From positions 1-39,759 of IMG/VR virus record IMGVR_UViG_3300025853_000231: a stretch of 39,759 nucleotides of DNA. One strand, given 5' to 3'. Shown here one piece after another: positions 9,477 to 17,689 of the stretch. The stretch is from a virus. Lineage: Duplodnaviria; Caudoviricetes. A program made the position numbers and the translations under genes. Position 1 is the first letter of the stretch, and every line of letters starts with the position of its first letter. The notes beneath the pieces are model-generated. The model was not told the DNA's origin and searched no databases. It was given only the letters and a program-made list of their open reading frames with translations.

Positions 9477-9595
9477 GTCATTTGGTGTGGTTGGGGAGAT
9501 GCGTTTCCATATCGCCACTCCTGGGAGATTACTGACCCCCCCCGCCCCCTTGTTGGGCCCATTCTTCGCACAATATCAATTATGTTCCAATTGTA

Positions 9596-10096
9596 TCAGG
9601 GGTTCTCTTCTTCTGTTACCACCTCTGCATCAATGACTTCTTCGTCCTTCCTGGCATTGGCAATGAGCTGTTTAAGGGCTAACGCATCAATGGTGGTTGA
9701 TGTATGTGCCACAATGGCACTGGGTAAGCCCTGAACCTGGACCTCTTTGTCGGTCAAGATGCCGATGGCGACGGGTAACTTATCAGCCTTCACCTCATTG
9801 GCCTCTACTGCCTCCTTGAACTTGGTCAGGCACAGGTCCCTTGTCTGCCTAAGATTGTTGATCAGAGCCTCTTGAGAATGGGCAGGCAGGTTTTCTTTAG
9901 AACTGATACCCTGGACGGTCTGCTGACCTATTCCGAATATCTTAGCTATGCTCTCATGCCCTACACCCTCTCTTATTGCCCTCACGATACAGTCGTATCG
10001 TTTCGGGTCCTTAGCCTTGATCTGAGTCCCATCATAGTTCCTGAGACCCTGGTCAGGCATTCTCTGATTGAACTGAGTCAGGGAGCCTTTAGGCAT
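9596..10096 (-). CDS. Probable terminase small subunit
   Basis: N-terminal HTH-like segment (HESIAKIFGIGQQTVQ), helical middle, acidic VIDAEVV tail. Upstream of terL with its own promoter. Confidence 0.55.
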   Translation of the reverse strand: MPKGSLTQFNQRMPDQGLRNYDGTQIKAKDPKRYDCIVRAIREGVGHESIAKIFGIGQQTVQGISSKENLPAHSQEALINNLRQTRDLCLTKFKEAVEANEVKADKLPVAIGILTDKEVQVQGLPSAIVAHTSTTIDALALKQLIANARKDEEVIDAEVVTEEENP

Positions 10097-10148
10097 GGTG
10101 GTAAATAGAAAGACGGCTGGAGACTATCGTCTTCCAACCGCCCTCCCA

Positions 10149-10177
10149 ATTATCTGTGTCTAGAGGTCGTCTGTCAA
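10149..10177 (-). promoter_or_regulatory. Sigma70-type promoter TTGACA-N17-GATAAT for the packaging operon
   Basis: -35 at 10172-10177 and -10 at 10149-10154 with a 17-bp spacer. An exact 13-bp motif lies at 10179-10191, 1 nt upstream of the -35. Confidence 0.75.
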
Positions 10178-10359
10178 GGGTGACTGACACCTCCAAGTCT
10201 ATATTTACGTCTGGACAATCGTTCACGGTCCCCTGTTTGTAGGGTTTTCCTTGGTGCTTGACAAGAGGGCTGCCTGTAGCCCCAGCCACCACATGCTGGG
10301 CAGTGGACAGGCTCTGGCTTCAGGACGTAGCCCTTACCGTGACAGATTGGGCAGATCAT
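10174..10359 (-). CDS. Small zinc-finger protein (CxxCxGxG repeats)
   Basis: CPICHGKG...CPACGGWG. ATGA overlap with the upstream gene. Confidence 0.6.
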   Translation of the reverse strand: MICPICHGKGYVLKPEPVHCPACGGWGYRQPSCQAPRKTLQTGDRERLSRRKYRLGGVSHP

Positions 10360-10697
10360 TGGTCAAACCCTATGATGGGGCCCAGGAAGATGCTCTGTAG
10401 GGCTGCCATGCCACCGTAGTCTGCGTTAATGCAGAGAAGCAGTAGTTCAGCCTGGTCCAGGACATAGGTTCGCTCACGTTCAAACCCTGGTATAATGTAT
10501 GGTGCCCAGGTGTTGGGGTCGTTCTCGTCTACCTTGACCACACCTGACCATGGGCCTGCTATCTGACTCAGGGCATATTTGCCTCGTTCACCTACAGGGC
10601 TGTAGATGGCCATCATCATGCGGTTGTTGGGCTCGTCATACCATTGAGCCGTGACTCCTGACTCATGCTTCAGGAGAACTGTTGGTTTCAGCATCAT
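10356..10697 (-). CDS. Hypothetical protein
   Basis: ORF 10356..10778. Likely start at MMLKP (10697). Confidence 0.55.
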   Translation of the reverse strand: MMLKPTVLLKHESGVTAQWYDEPNNRMMMAIYSPVGERGKYALSQIAGPWSGVVKVDENDPNTWAPYIIPGFERERTYVLDQAELLLLCINADYGGMAALQSIFLGPIIGFDQ

Positions 10698-10866
10698 CGC
10701 TGGTTCCTTTCTGTTTAGGGTTGGGGTTTCGCCAGGTGTAGCTTGTGGGCATACCTCGCTTTCTGAAGAATCGGTCACAGGCTTTGTCTAGTTTCGTGAA
10801 GAAGCCTAGCTCAAAGTAGTAACCGCCGCCTTCAAAGTCGGCTTGTGGTGTTGGCTCGTTATCCAT
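10663..10866 (-). CDS. Hypothetical protein
   Basis: 67 aa ORF filling the gap between neighbours. Confidence 0.4.
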   Translation of the reverse strand: MDNEPTPQADFEGGGYYFELGFFTKLDKACDRFFRKRGMPTSYTWRNPNPKQKGTSDDAETNSSPEA

Positions 10867-11342
10867 TGAACGTCTGTTAATTTCTCTCTTGGGTATAGGT
10901 AGACAATGCGACCCTGTATGGGCTCCATGTGTTCAGGTTTCTCGACCTCTGAGGTTGGCGCTATGCCCACTATGGTGAACGTGTGGTCCTGGCACTCCAC
11001 CAGGGCTAGAAAGTCCGTCTTATGGGCTTTCAGGTTCGCTATCAGGTTGCCTCCGATTACTGGGGTAGTCTTGATGTCCACTGTCCTGCCATCTAGCAGG
11101 GTCACATCGGCTATGCATGGCCCTGAACTGTCCAGGTCAGGCCACAGGTTGAAGGCCTTTGCAAAGGCTAGTTCACCTGCTACCCCATTGGTGTCGGCTG
11201 TTTCTCTGGCACCTGGAGACTCGTCCAGGTGCCCCATTTGGTCATTGGTCCTGGTTGGGCCAGTGACTGCTGTTCGCTCATGCGCTAAGTGCCTGGCTAG
11301 TGCCAGCTCTGATCGGCTCAGTGTTATGGTGATCATGGTCAC
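10806..11342 (-). CDS. Hypothetical protein, possible PD-(D/E)xK nuclease fold
   Basis: GELAFAK...AD......VDIKT pattern. Confidence 0.5.
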   Translation of the reverse strand: MTMITITLSRSELALARHLAHERTAVTGPTRTNDQMGHLDESPGARETADTNGVAGELAFAKAFNLWPDLDSSGPCIADVTLLDGRTVDIKTTPVIGGNLIANLKAHKTDFLALVECQDHTFTIVGIAPTSEVEKPEHMEPIQGRIVYLYPREKLTDVQWITSQHHKPTLKAAVTTLS

Positions 11343-11841
11343 GTATTCTCCCCAGGGTGTCAGTCACCTTGAGGAAAAGTGCTTCTATGCCATCGCTATT
11401 GATGATGGTGGCATCTGCCAGAACCTCATCGACTGAGGTCTCTGAGATGTGGTTGTCTACCACTCCATCTAGCTCTGGCCTAATAAGTCTAATCACCTTG
11501 CCACCCTGGGAACGGACCCAGTCAGCCTCGAAAGGAAACCGTAGGTCATCGATGATGACCAGGTCTGCTGCCTGCTCTAGGTTCTTCACACGGGCCTTGA
11601 GTTGGTCAATGAACACGTTTCGCCCAAACTTAGCCTTGAGAGACTCTCCCAGGGCCTGCATGACTGGCCTGAGAACCTCCTTGGGTGTCTCGTCCAGGGG
11701 CCCGAATATGCGCTCCACATGCTCCTTGATAGGCCTGGCAAAACTGTCCCTGAATGCTATGCCTGGGTGATGGTTCCGAATGAATGTAGCCGCAGTTGTT
11801 TTGCCGCTCCTCTTTTTCCCTACTAATGCTATTAGTTCCAT
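11278..11841 (-). CDS. Deoxynucleoside monophosphate kinase
   Basis: P-loop GKKRSGKTTAA, SFA.PIK, R..MQ.LG, IIDDLRF..E and H.SE motifs. Confidence 0.88.
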   Translation of the reverse strand: MELIALVGKKRSGKTTAATFIRNHHPGIAFRDSFARPIKEHVERIFGPLDETPKEVLRPVMQALGESLKAKFGRNVFIDQLKARVKNLEQAADLVIIDDLRFPFEADWVRSQGGKVIRLIRPELDGVVDNHISETSVDEVLADATIINSDGIEALFLKVTDTLGRIRDHDHHNTEPIRAGTSQALSA

Positions 11842-12005
11842 GGTCTCCCTTTCTTTGGCTCTTCTTCCTCTCCAAACTCAGCGTCCTCGGTGGCTATCAT
11901 TGGTAGCGTGAACAGTAGCTTGCCTAACTCATCTACCGTTGTAGCCTGATACGTGACCCTGATGTTCATTCCCTCGATTGATTGATATTTAAGTGTGATT
12001 TCCAT
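11832..12005 (-). CDS. 57-aa hypothetical protein, absent from the ORF track
   Basis: MEITLKYQSIEGMNIRVTYQ...KKGRPWN. Fills the gap between the helicase and kinase genes. Confidence 0.55.
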   Translation of the reverse strand: MEITLKYQSIEGMNIRVTYQATTVDELGKLLFTLPMIATEDAEFGEEEEPKKGRPWN

Positions 12006-12006
12006 T

Positions 12007-13374
12007 TCAGAATGCTGGTTCAGATACTGTGACCTCCTTGTTCAGTGCCTCAAAGACACCGTTCCATTTAGTCCACTTCAGGCCTACCTTACCCTCTGGT
12101 CCAAACCTGCTCTTCCTGACAATCAGGTTGGTTAAGTCTGGGGCCTGCTCAATGTCTGGCTGATGAAGGAAGGCGACCATGTCGGAGTCTTGCTCAATGG
12201 AACCAGACTCTCTCAGGTCTGCCAACCTGGGCTCACTGTCGGGCCCTCTGGTCTCAATCTGCCTGTTGAGCTGTGAGAGGACCAGGAACGGTCTCTGGGT
12301 CTCCATGGCTGCGCATTTAAGCTGCCTGGAGATGTGCCCTACCTCGTTGACCCGGCTATCAAACCGCTTCCCACTGTGAATAAGTTGGATGTAATCGACG
12401 ATGAACAGGTCCACATTCTGCTCCTTCACAAGCCTCCTGGCCTGGGCCCTAATAGCTGACACAGTCAGGCCTACGTTGTCCTCGATGGTGATAGGCAGAG
12501 CCATGGCCTTCTTGGTGGCCTCAACCATGACCTCGATGCCTCCAGGGACATCTCCAGTCTCCATGTATTGCCTGACATCCAGGCCACTGCTGGCTGAGAT
12601 GACCTTCCCGGCAATCTGGTTGAATGGCATCTCAAAAGACCAGTAGACGACCCTCTTGCCCTGGAGGGCAGCCTGAACAGCCAGGTAGATAGCGAAGCTC
12701 GTCTTACCCCTTCCTGGACGAGCTGCCAGGGTCACCAGCATGTTCTCCTCCATCCTGAACAACCGGTCTACTGATGGCATGCCTGTAGGCACCCCTTTGT
12801 TTGGCAAGCCGTTTGGCCAGGCAGAGCCCATGGTGTCCAGGACCTCTGACCAACCCTGGCTCTGGCTACGCAGAGTCGAGGCATTAGTTGTGACCTCGAA
12901 GAACTTCGACTCCATGTCCGAAAGAATGTCAGGAGTAGGAACATCTGGGTCATTCACTTTGGTAATGCCGTCGTAGTATCTGAGAAAGACACGACGCCGA
13001 ACCTCCATGTCCTTTAACCTAGGAAGCCAGTAGCTATAGTTGCTGTGAGTGGGTGCCCTGTCTATTGCATCCATTAGCCACATAGGGCCCTCTCCAACCT
13101 CTCTGGCTACGTTGACCTCATTAATCTCCAAAGATGCCTCAGAGAGGCTCTCAAGGGCCTTCCAGGCCTTTCTGGTGACCTCATAATGGAACAGGTCCAA
13201 GGAGGCACCCGCATTGACTGCGTTCTCATAGGCACCCAAGACACAACAACCAATGAAAGCCTTCTCAGCTTTCTCGTCAGCAGGTATCTCCAGGGGGAGA
13301 GCCATCACTGACTGTTCTCTGATTTTCTTCTCGGCTAACCAGGTAGCCTTCTTGCTTTCAATGATGTCAGCCAT
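12007..13374 (-). CDS. dnaB: Replicative DNA helicase, DnaB family
   Basis: AARPGRGKT, SFEM, IVDYIQL, LSQLNR, LADLRESGSIEQDSD, KSRFGP. Confidence 0.95.
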   Translation of the reverse strand: MADIIESKKATWLAEKKIREQSVMALPLEIPADEKAEKAFIGCCVLGAYENAVNAGASLDLFHYEVTRKAWKALESLSEASLEINEVNVAREVGEGPMWLMDAIDRAPTHSNYSYWLPRLKDMEVRRRVFLRYYDGITKVNDPDVPTPDILSDMESKFFEVTTNASTLRSQSQGWSEVLDTMGSAWPNGLPNKGVPTGMPSVDRLFRMEENMLVTLAARPGRGKTSFAIYLAVQAALQGKRVVYWSFEMPFNQIAGKVISASSGLDVRQYMETGDVPGGIEVMVEATKKAMALPITIEDNVGLTVSAIRAQARRLVKEQNVDLFIVDYIQLIHSGKRFDSRVNEVGHISRQLKCAAMETQRPFLVLSQLNRQIETRGPDSEPRLADLRESGSIEQDSDMVAFLHQPDIEQAPDLTNLIVRKSRFGPEGKVGLKWTKWNGVFEALNKEVTVSEPAF

Positions 13375-13861
13375 TGGAAGCCTCCCTCCATCTACGCTCC
13401 TCCATGGTAGGGCCAGAACCCCTCATAGATTTACCTGCTTGATAGATCAGAGAATAGGCCTCTGATATTCTATTAGTTCTGTTGATTAGTTCTTGATTAG
13501 TTCCTTGATTAGTTAGTGTCCCCGAAATGCGACACCTGGTGTCCCTAGAATGAGACACTACGTGTCCCTCAGATGCGACATTAGGTGTCCCTGATTTGAG
13601 ACACTTCCGCTGAATTGGTTTACCTGAATCAGTCACTTTGAGAGATCGTTTCCTGCCCTTCCAGGACATGGTCACCCAGCCGTGAGAGACTAGGCTGTTG
13701 AGGTGACGGTAAAAACTGTCCTTGGAGATGCCCAGGGCTTGGGCGATGGACCTCTTATTCTCCCAGCAGTCGCCCCTCATAGCAATGAAGCAGTAGATGG
13801 AGAGTTCCTGGGGGTTAAACTTCTGCTCGAAGAGCCAGGCTGGAATGAATGGTGTCTTCAT
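13367..13861 (-). CDS. Replication initiator (winged HTH; lambda O-like role)
   Basis: HTH segment IAQALGISKDSFYRHLNSL. Directly upstream of the helicase and contains iterons plus an AT-rich tract. Start re-called at ATG 13861. Confidence 0.8.
   Translation of the reverse strand: MKTPFIPAWLFEQKFNPQELSIYCFIAMRGDCWENKRSIAQALGISKDSFYRHLNSLVSHGWVTMSWKGRKRSLKVTDSGKPIQRKCLKSGTPNVASEGHVVSHSRDTRCRISGTLTNQGTNQELINRTNRISEAYSLIYQAGKSMRGSGPTMEERRWREASNG
13470..13604. repeat. Replication origin: four 20-bp iterons plus AT-rich repeats
   Basis: GTGTCCC-N5-TG(C/A)GACA(C/T) at 13516, 13539, 13562 and 13585 (exact 23-bp period). TTGATTAGTT at 13482, 13493 and 13505. Confidence 0.88.
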
Positions 13862-14322
13862 TGTCGGCCCTCCCATGCTAGTGCGTAGAACTCTCTGTCG
13901 TAGTTCTCACTGTCATATCTCAGAGTTGGCTCAAACAGGTCCAAAAGGGACCTGACAGGAATCGAGCGCATTCTTTTGAGCTTCCTGCGAATGTAGGAGG
14001 TCCTGTCCTTCACAGGAGGCATTCCAACTTCGTCGTAGATTTCAGCTATCTCTTCAATACTGTGGCCATCGCACCAGTGGTGAAACACCAGGCAGCATTC
14101 CTCTGCATCAAACTTCCTCATGATACCAAGCCGGGTTAAGGACGATGCTGCCATAGCCTTGCCATGAACTTTACCGTGACAATCAGTGCAAAGAGGCACT
14201 GTAGCGGTTCCTCCCATAGACTTAGGCACAACATGGTGGTCATGCTCGGATGGTCGTCCACATTCAGCGCATTCAGGCCTCATTGTCGGCCCTCTTCGCA
14301 GAACAAGTTTTCTGTCGGTCAT
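13858..14322 (-). CDS. HNH endonuclease-like protein
   Basis: CAECG....HDHHVVP.S.GG.....LCTDCHGKVH. Flanked by 15-bp direct repeats. Confidence 0.8.
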   Translation of the reverse strand: MTDRKLVLRRGPTMRPECAECGRPSEHDHHVVPKSMGGTATVPLCTDCHGKVHGKAMAASSLTRLGIMRKFDAEECCLVFHHWCDGHSIEEIAEIYDEVGMPPVKDRTSYIRRKLKRMRSIPVRSLLDLFEPTLRYDSENYDREFYALAWEGRQ

Positions 14323-14636
14323 TTTCGCAACACTTTCATTTTTATGATTTCAATTAACTCCTGCCCTGGCTTGCCACAGGACCTGAGACCCTGGAGGAAG
14401 CTCTTGAGCTTTCCAGGGTCCCTTTCCCCGCCATCGATCACGGCTTTGACATAAGCGACGTAGCGGGGGGTCTCTGTTGGGTCGTGGCTGACCGTGCAGG
14501 GGTGAGCCTCTGGCAGTTTGGTGCCTTCGGGAGGGAACCAGACCTCTTTGACCTGGAACCTCCTGGCAAACTCCTGAAGAAACCCAGGGAGCTTGTGGTA
14601 GGCATTACGTGCCAGAATTCGTTTCTCAAACTGCAT
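14319..14636 (-). CDS. Hypothetical protein
   Basis: 105 aa, overlapping both neighbours. Confidence 0.6.
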   Translation of the reverse strand: MQFEKRILARNAYHKLPGFLQEFARRFQVKEVWFPPEGTKLPEAHPCTVSHDPTETPRYVAYVKAVIDGGERDPGKLKSFLQGLRSCGKPGQELIEIIKMKVLRK

Positions 14637-15459
14637 TAAACAGGTTGAGGGTTAATGGTTCGCTTGGGGTGTAACTCGGCCAGACATCTAGCTCCACGCA
14701 GGAGGTGAGCTTCTTGTAGGCCTCGTCCAACTCGACGTTAGCCATCTGCATGTCGTGAGGAGAAAACCTGTAGACCGCAGCCGTGTAGGGTGCCTCAGTC
14801 TCAACCACTGCCCATAGCCAATCGGTTATGGGGTAGCCCGCCTTCTGACAGATGCGCTGGTAATTCGCCTGCTGCCAGTGATACTTCAACCTCCTGGAGG
14901 TGTAGGTGAACTCCTTTGGACTACTACCACCCTTCCTGGTTGTTTTGATGTCAATGACCCGGCGCTCTCGGCCTGCACTGAGCAAGCAATCAATTCTGCA
15001 CTTCACATCGATGCCCTTGACCAGGTTCTTTGCGAACACACTGACCTCGGTCTCGCCTCCCTCAATGCTATCGCCAACCCATGGCAAAGCCATCAGGTTG
15101 TCGTGCATCGACTGAATGGCTATCAGGTCTTCCTCCTTGATAATGGTGATGTCTTTCTCGGCCTGCCTGGCCCACCACTCCTTGGAAGCTTTCTTCCTAC
15201 GGTCAGCGAACTCATCAGGGCAGACCGCAACCTCGGCGTCCCACCGATCTCGCTCCAGTGCATACATGTGGTAGAGGCGGCCAGTCTTCATCGACTCAGT
15301 GTCGAAGCCTCTGACTTTCCCTGACATGTTCTGCTGGAACTCATACGGGTTGGAGATGCGCTTGAGGTCCGAGGTGGAAAGGGCTGAGTCCGCCCGGTAG
15401 ACGGACTCAGCTACACCATTGAACAGGCCTTCTGCGAATTCAGAACGGAACTTCATCAA
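14626..15459 (-). CDS. PD-(D/E)xK exonuclease, RecE/ExoVIII (DUF3799)-like
   Basis: LS.S.LK, G..YH...LE, E.S.F, KCRID, IDIKTT and Y..Q.A.Y motifs. Confidence 0.85.
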   Translation of the reverse strand: MMKFRSEFAEGLFNGVAESVYRADSALSTSDLKRISNPYEFQQNMSGKVRGFDTESMKTGRLYHMYALERDRWDAEVAVCPDEFADRRKKASKEWWARQAEKDITIIKEEDLIAIQSMHDNLMALPWVGDSIEGGETEVSVFAKNLVKGIDVKCRIDCLLSAGRERRVIDIKTTRKGGSSPKEFTYTSRRLKYHWQQANYQRICQKAGYPITDWLWAVVETEAPYTAAVYRFSPHDMQMANVELDEAYKKLTSCVELDVWPSYTPSEPLTLNLFNAV

Positions 15460-16057
15460 CGGTCACCTCAGTTGGTTGTTTAGGGGTGTCAGTCACCTCC
15501 GACGCAGCCATGTCATCAGAGGCCAGAATGTCCTCCTTTGCCCATGACGGGACCTTGTCCCAGTTCTTTGGGTGCTGATCGATGGAATAGGCCCAAGGCT
15601 CGTTGGCGCTGTCAGGGCACTGCAAACCCTTTGGAAGGGCTGACAGACCAACGATGCGGTCGCTAGTGGTGCCATTAGCATTCTCCTTGTGCTGGACGTT
15701 CGCCAGACAAGGGACACCGAGGACGTTTTGCAGATCAAACTTCATCAGCTCTTCAGCCGTGAATGCTCGACCTCTCCACGCCTGGAGGTCCTGACGAAGC
15801 TTCGCCTTCTGGCTCAAACTTGCGGTGTAGGTCACGCTACGACCCAGCGCCTGGGGCCCGTCCTCCTCCCTGAACACTGCGGTGTGGTCAGGAAACTCAA
15901 ACGTGAACATCACTCGTTTCCGTTTCTTGACCTCCCCTTTCCACTCACTATCTGCGGTGCCCAGATCAATGATGCTGATGCACCGTGCTACATGGTTGCC
16001 CTCTGGAACCAGAGTGCGTTTCTTGTTGGTTTCGGTTGTTCCTACTGTTAGTCCCAT
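15440..16057 (-). CDS. Probable single-stranded DNA-binding protein
   Basis: PEG.H.ARC..IIDLGT, L...L.AWRG and an acidic C-terminal DEVPF tail. Confidence 0.7.
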   Translation of the reverse strand: MGLTVGTTETNKKRTLVPEGNHVARCISIIDLGTADSEWKGEVKKRKRVMFTFEFPDHTAVFREEDGPQALGRSVTYTASLSQKAKLRQDLQAWRGRAFTAEELMKFDLQNVLGVPCLANVQHKENANGTTSDRIVGLSALPKGLQCPDSANEPWAYSIDQHPKNWDKVPSWAKEDILASDDMAASEVTDTPKQPTEVTVDEVPF

Positions 16058-16060
16058 TTT

Positions 16061-16336
16061 TTACCTTTCTGTTTTTGGGTTGTTGTTTTTTGAGTGTGGG
16101 TCACTCGGTTTTTCGGTCACCTCGACCGAAAGTTGTTTGGCTCCCTGGAGCCAGCCTCTTGCAACTCTTCGCCTCATTCTCATTTCACTAGCTCGCCTGA
16201 TTTCATCAGGTGACGCATACGGAATGGGGTCAGTCTTAATCGGCTGCATTGGCTTTGATTCGATGACATCGTCGCGGCTCACGTAGGCATTCGCCTTCTT
16301 CAAGCCTCGATAGGAGATGTATTGAAATGTGTCCAT
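16061..16336 (-). CDS. Basic hypothetical protein
   Basis: 91 aa. The 13-bp motif (16338-16350) fills the gap upstream of it. Confidence 0.5.
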   Translation of the reverse strand: MDTFQYISYRGLKKANAYVSRDDVIESKPMQPIKTDPIPYASPDEIRRASEMRMRRRVARGWLQGAKQLSVEVTEKPSDPHSKNNNPKTER

Positions 16337-16350
16337 GGGTGTCAGTCACC

Positions 16351-16752
16351 TTAGTTAAGAATTGAATAGCTCACGTTGATCAAACCCGCCTCCTTCTCGG
16401 CAAGTTCCTCGAAAGCTGCCCTGGAGAGATCAAGTTCTCTGCCCTCAATAAAGGGCCCTCTGTCGTTCACTCGAACAATGACTTTGTTGGGCCCAAGCTT
16501 AACTAGGAGCCTGGTGCCAAAGGGCAGTGTCTTGTGTGCAGCCGTGTATTCATCGGGCGAAAAGACTTCGCCGTTTGCAGTCAGCCTGCCCCGGTATTTT
16601 TCCCCATACCAGGAGGCCACACATCGCTTCGATGGTGCTGCTTCTTGCAGGACATAGATGTCCTTACTGACTTTGATGACCGGCTTGGTCTCTGGCTGTT
16701 TGCAGCCGGTCAGGGCTGCGACGATTAGCATAGTTGTGATTAGGTTTCTCAT
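16351..16752 (-). CDS. rlpA: RlpA-family lytic transglycosylase lipoprotein
   Basis: Lipobox LTGC, ASWYG, TANGE, TAAHKTLPFGT, VRVNDRGPF, LDLSRAAF. Confidence 0.92.
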   Translation of the reverse strand: MRNLITTMLIVAALTGCKQPETKPVIKVSKDIYVLQEAAPSKRCVASWYGEKYRGRLTANGEVFSPDEYTAAHKTLPFGTRLLVKLGPNKVIVRVNDRGPFIEGRELDLSRAAFEELAEKEAGLINVSYSILN

Positions 16753-16756
16753 TCGG

Positions 16757-17125
16757 TCACTTCTTCATCTGACGTTGTTGCAGTAACTCCTCCAGTTGCT
16801 TCAGATCACAGCATTGGAGAAGGGTGAGCAGGTCGTCTGCTCTCAGTAATGTCACCCACGGTCTGTTGTTCGACTTCCAGGTGACCACAGGTAGTTCGTA
16901 GGGCTTTGCCTCCCCTACAACCTGGGCGAGCCAATCTCGCACCAGGCATCTCTCAGCGTTCTTGACTTCCCACCTGACCGGCAGGGCCTTGCAGGTCACA
17001 TCAGGTGACTCACAGCCTGTCTGGCTCTGGTGGAAGCCTGTCCTGGTTGAGTCGTAGCCAAACTCGGCCAGTTTCTTTACCCAGGCTCTCTCTCCCCTGG
17101 CTCCCTTTTGCTTGCTGTTGGTCAT
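16757..17125 (-). CDS. Holliday-junction resolvase-like nuclease
   Basis: SKQKGARGER...PD......WEVK. Start re-called at the ATGA overlap (17125). Confidence 0.75.
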   Translation of the reverse strand: MTNSKQKGARGERAWVKKLAEFGYDSTRTGFHQSQTGCESPDVTCKALPVRWEVKNAERCLVRDWLAQVVGEAKPYELPVVTWKSNNRPWVTLLRADDLLTLLQCCDLKQLEELLQQRQMKK

Positions 17126-17364
17126 GAAACTTTGCATCCATGCTCCTCTAGAACAGAGGGCTTGCTCCTGGTTATGCAGCAGTAGCCTGCCTTCTCTGCC
17201 ACGTAGTTGGTCAACATCGATTTCTCATTCATTCGTTGAGCGTCGAGCTGGCACCAAGCTAGGTGGCTGACTAAACCGTATTGCGACGGCATCATTGCCG
17301 TTTTGGAATACCAGTGGGTTACCTGTTTAGGTATGGGTTTTGGGGCTATTGGTGATAGACTCAT
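17122..17364 (-). CDS. Hypothetical protein, first gene of the leftward early operon
   Basis: 80 aa ORF downstream of the divergent control region. Confidence 0.55.
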   Translation of the reverse strand: MSLSPIAPKPIPKQVTHWYSKTAMMPSQYGLVSHLAWCQLDAQRMNEKSMLTNYVAEKAGYCCITRSKPSVLEEHGCKVS

Positions 17365-17400
17365 AGTTCCTTTCTATTGCTTTGATTACTGTTGGTTTTG

Positions 17401-17485
17401 GCTCTGGGTGACTGACACCCGGTAGCTCAAATTGTTAATAACTTATTGTGGCACTCAGGGTGTCAGTCAGTAGAGTTAACTGCTT
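17401..17485. promoter_or_regulatory. Divergent control region with two oppositely oriented motif copies
   Basis: GGTGACTGACACC at 17407-17419 and GGTGTCAGTCAgt at 17459-17471. The latter lies in the spacer of a rightward GTGGCA-N17-TAGAGT promoter-like element. The centre is AT-rich. Confidence 0.65.
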
Positions 17486-17689
17486 ATGGCTAACTCAAGA
17501 CACCCTGATAAACGATGCATCTCATGCTGGGTTGACAAGGACCTGTTCCTTGGCTGGCAGAAAGAGTGCGAACGGCTCGGTCAGACTATGACTGATCGAG
17601 TGACAGGCCTTCTGACTCAAGACTACCAAGCACTAACTCGGTCAAGAGTTGGGAAGGCGAAACGTCCAGGTGCTGGCAGAGGGCGATGA
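17486..17689 (+). CDS. Ribbon-helix-helix-like DNA-binding protein (candidate repressor)
   Basis: Alternating strand ISCWV, helix, LGQTMT turn, second helix. Divergent from the early operon. Confidence 0.6.
   Translation: MANSRHPDKRCISCWVDKDLFLGWQKECERLGQTMTDRVTGLLTQDYQALTRSRVGKAKRPGAGRGR

Noticed and set aside
13516-13604. Mini CRISPR array
   Set aside because: The palindromic units are separated by only 3 nt, lie inside the initiator gene, and there are no cas genes. They are iterons.
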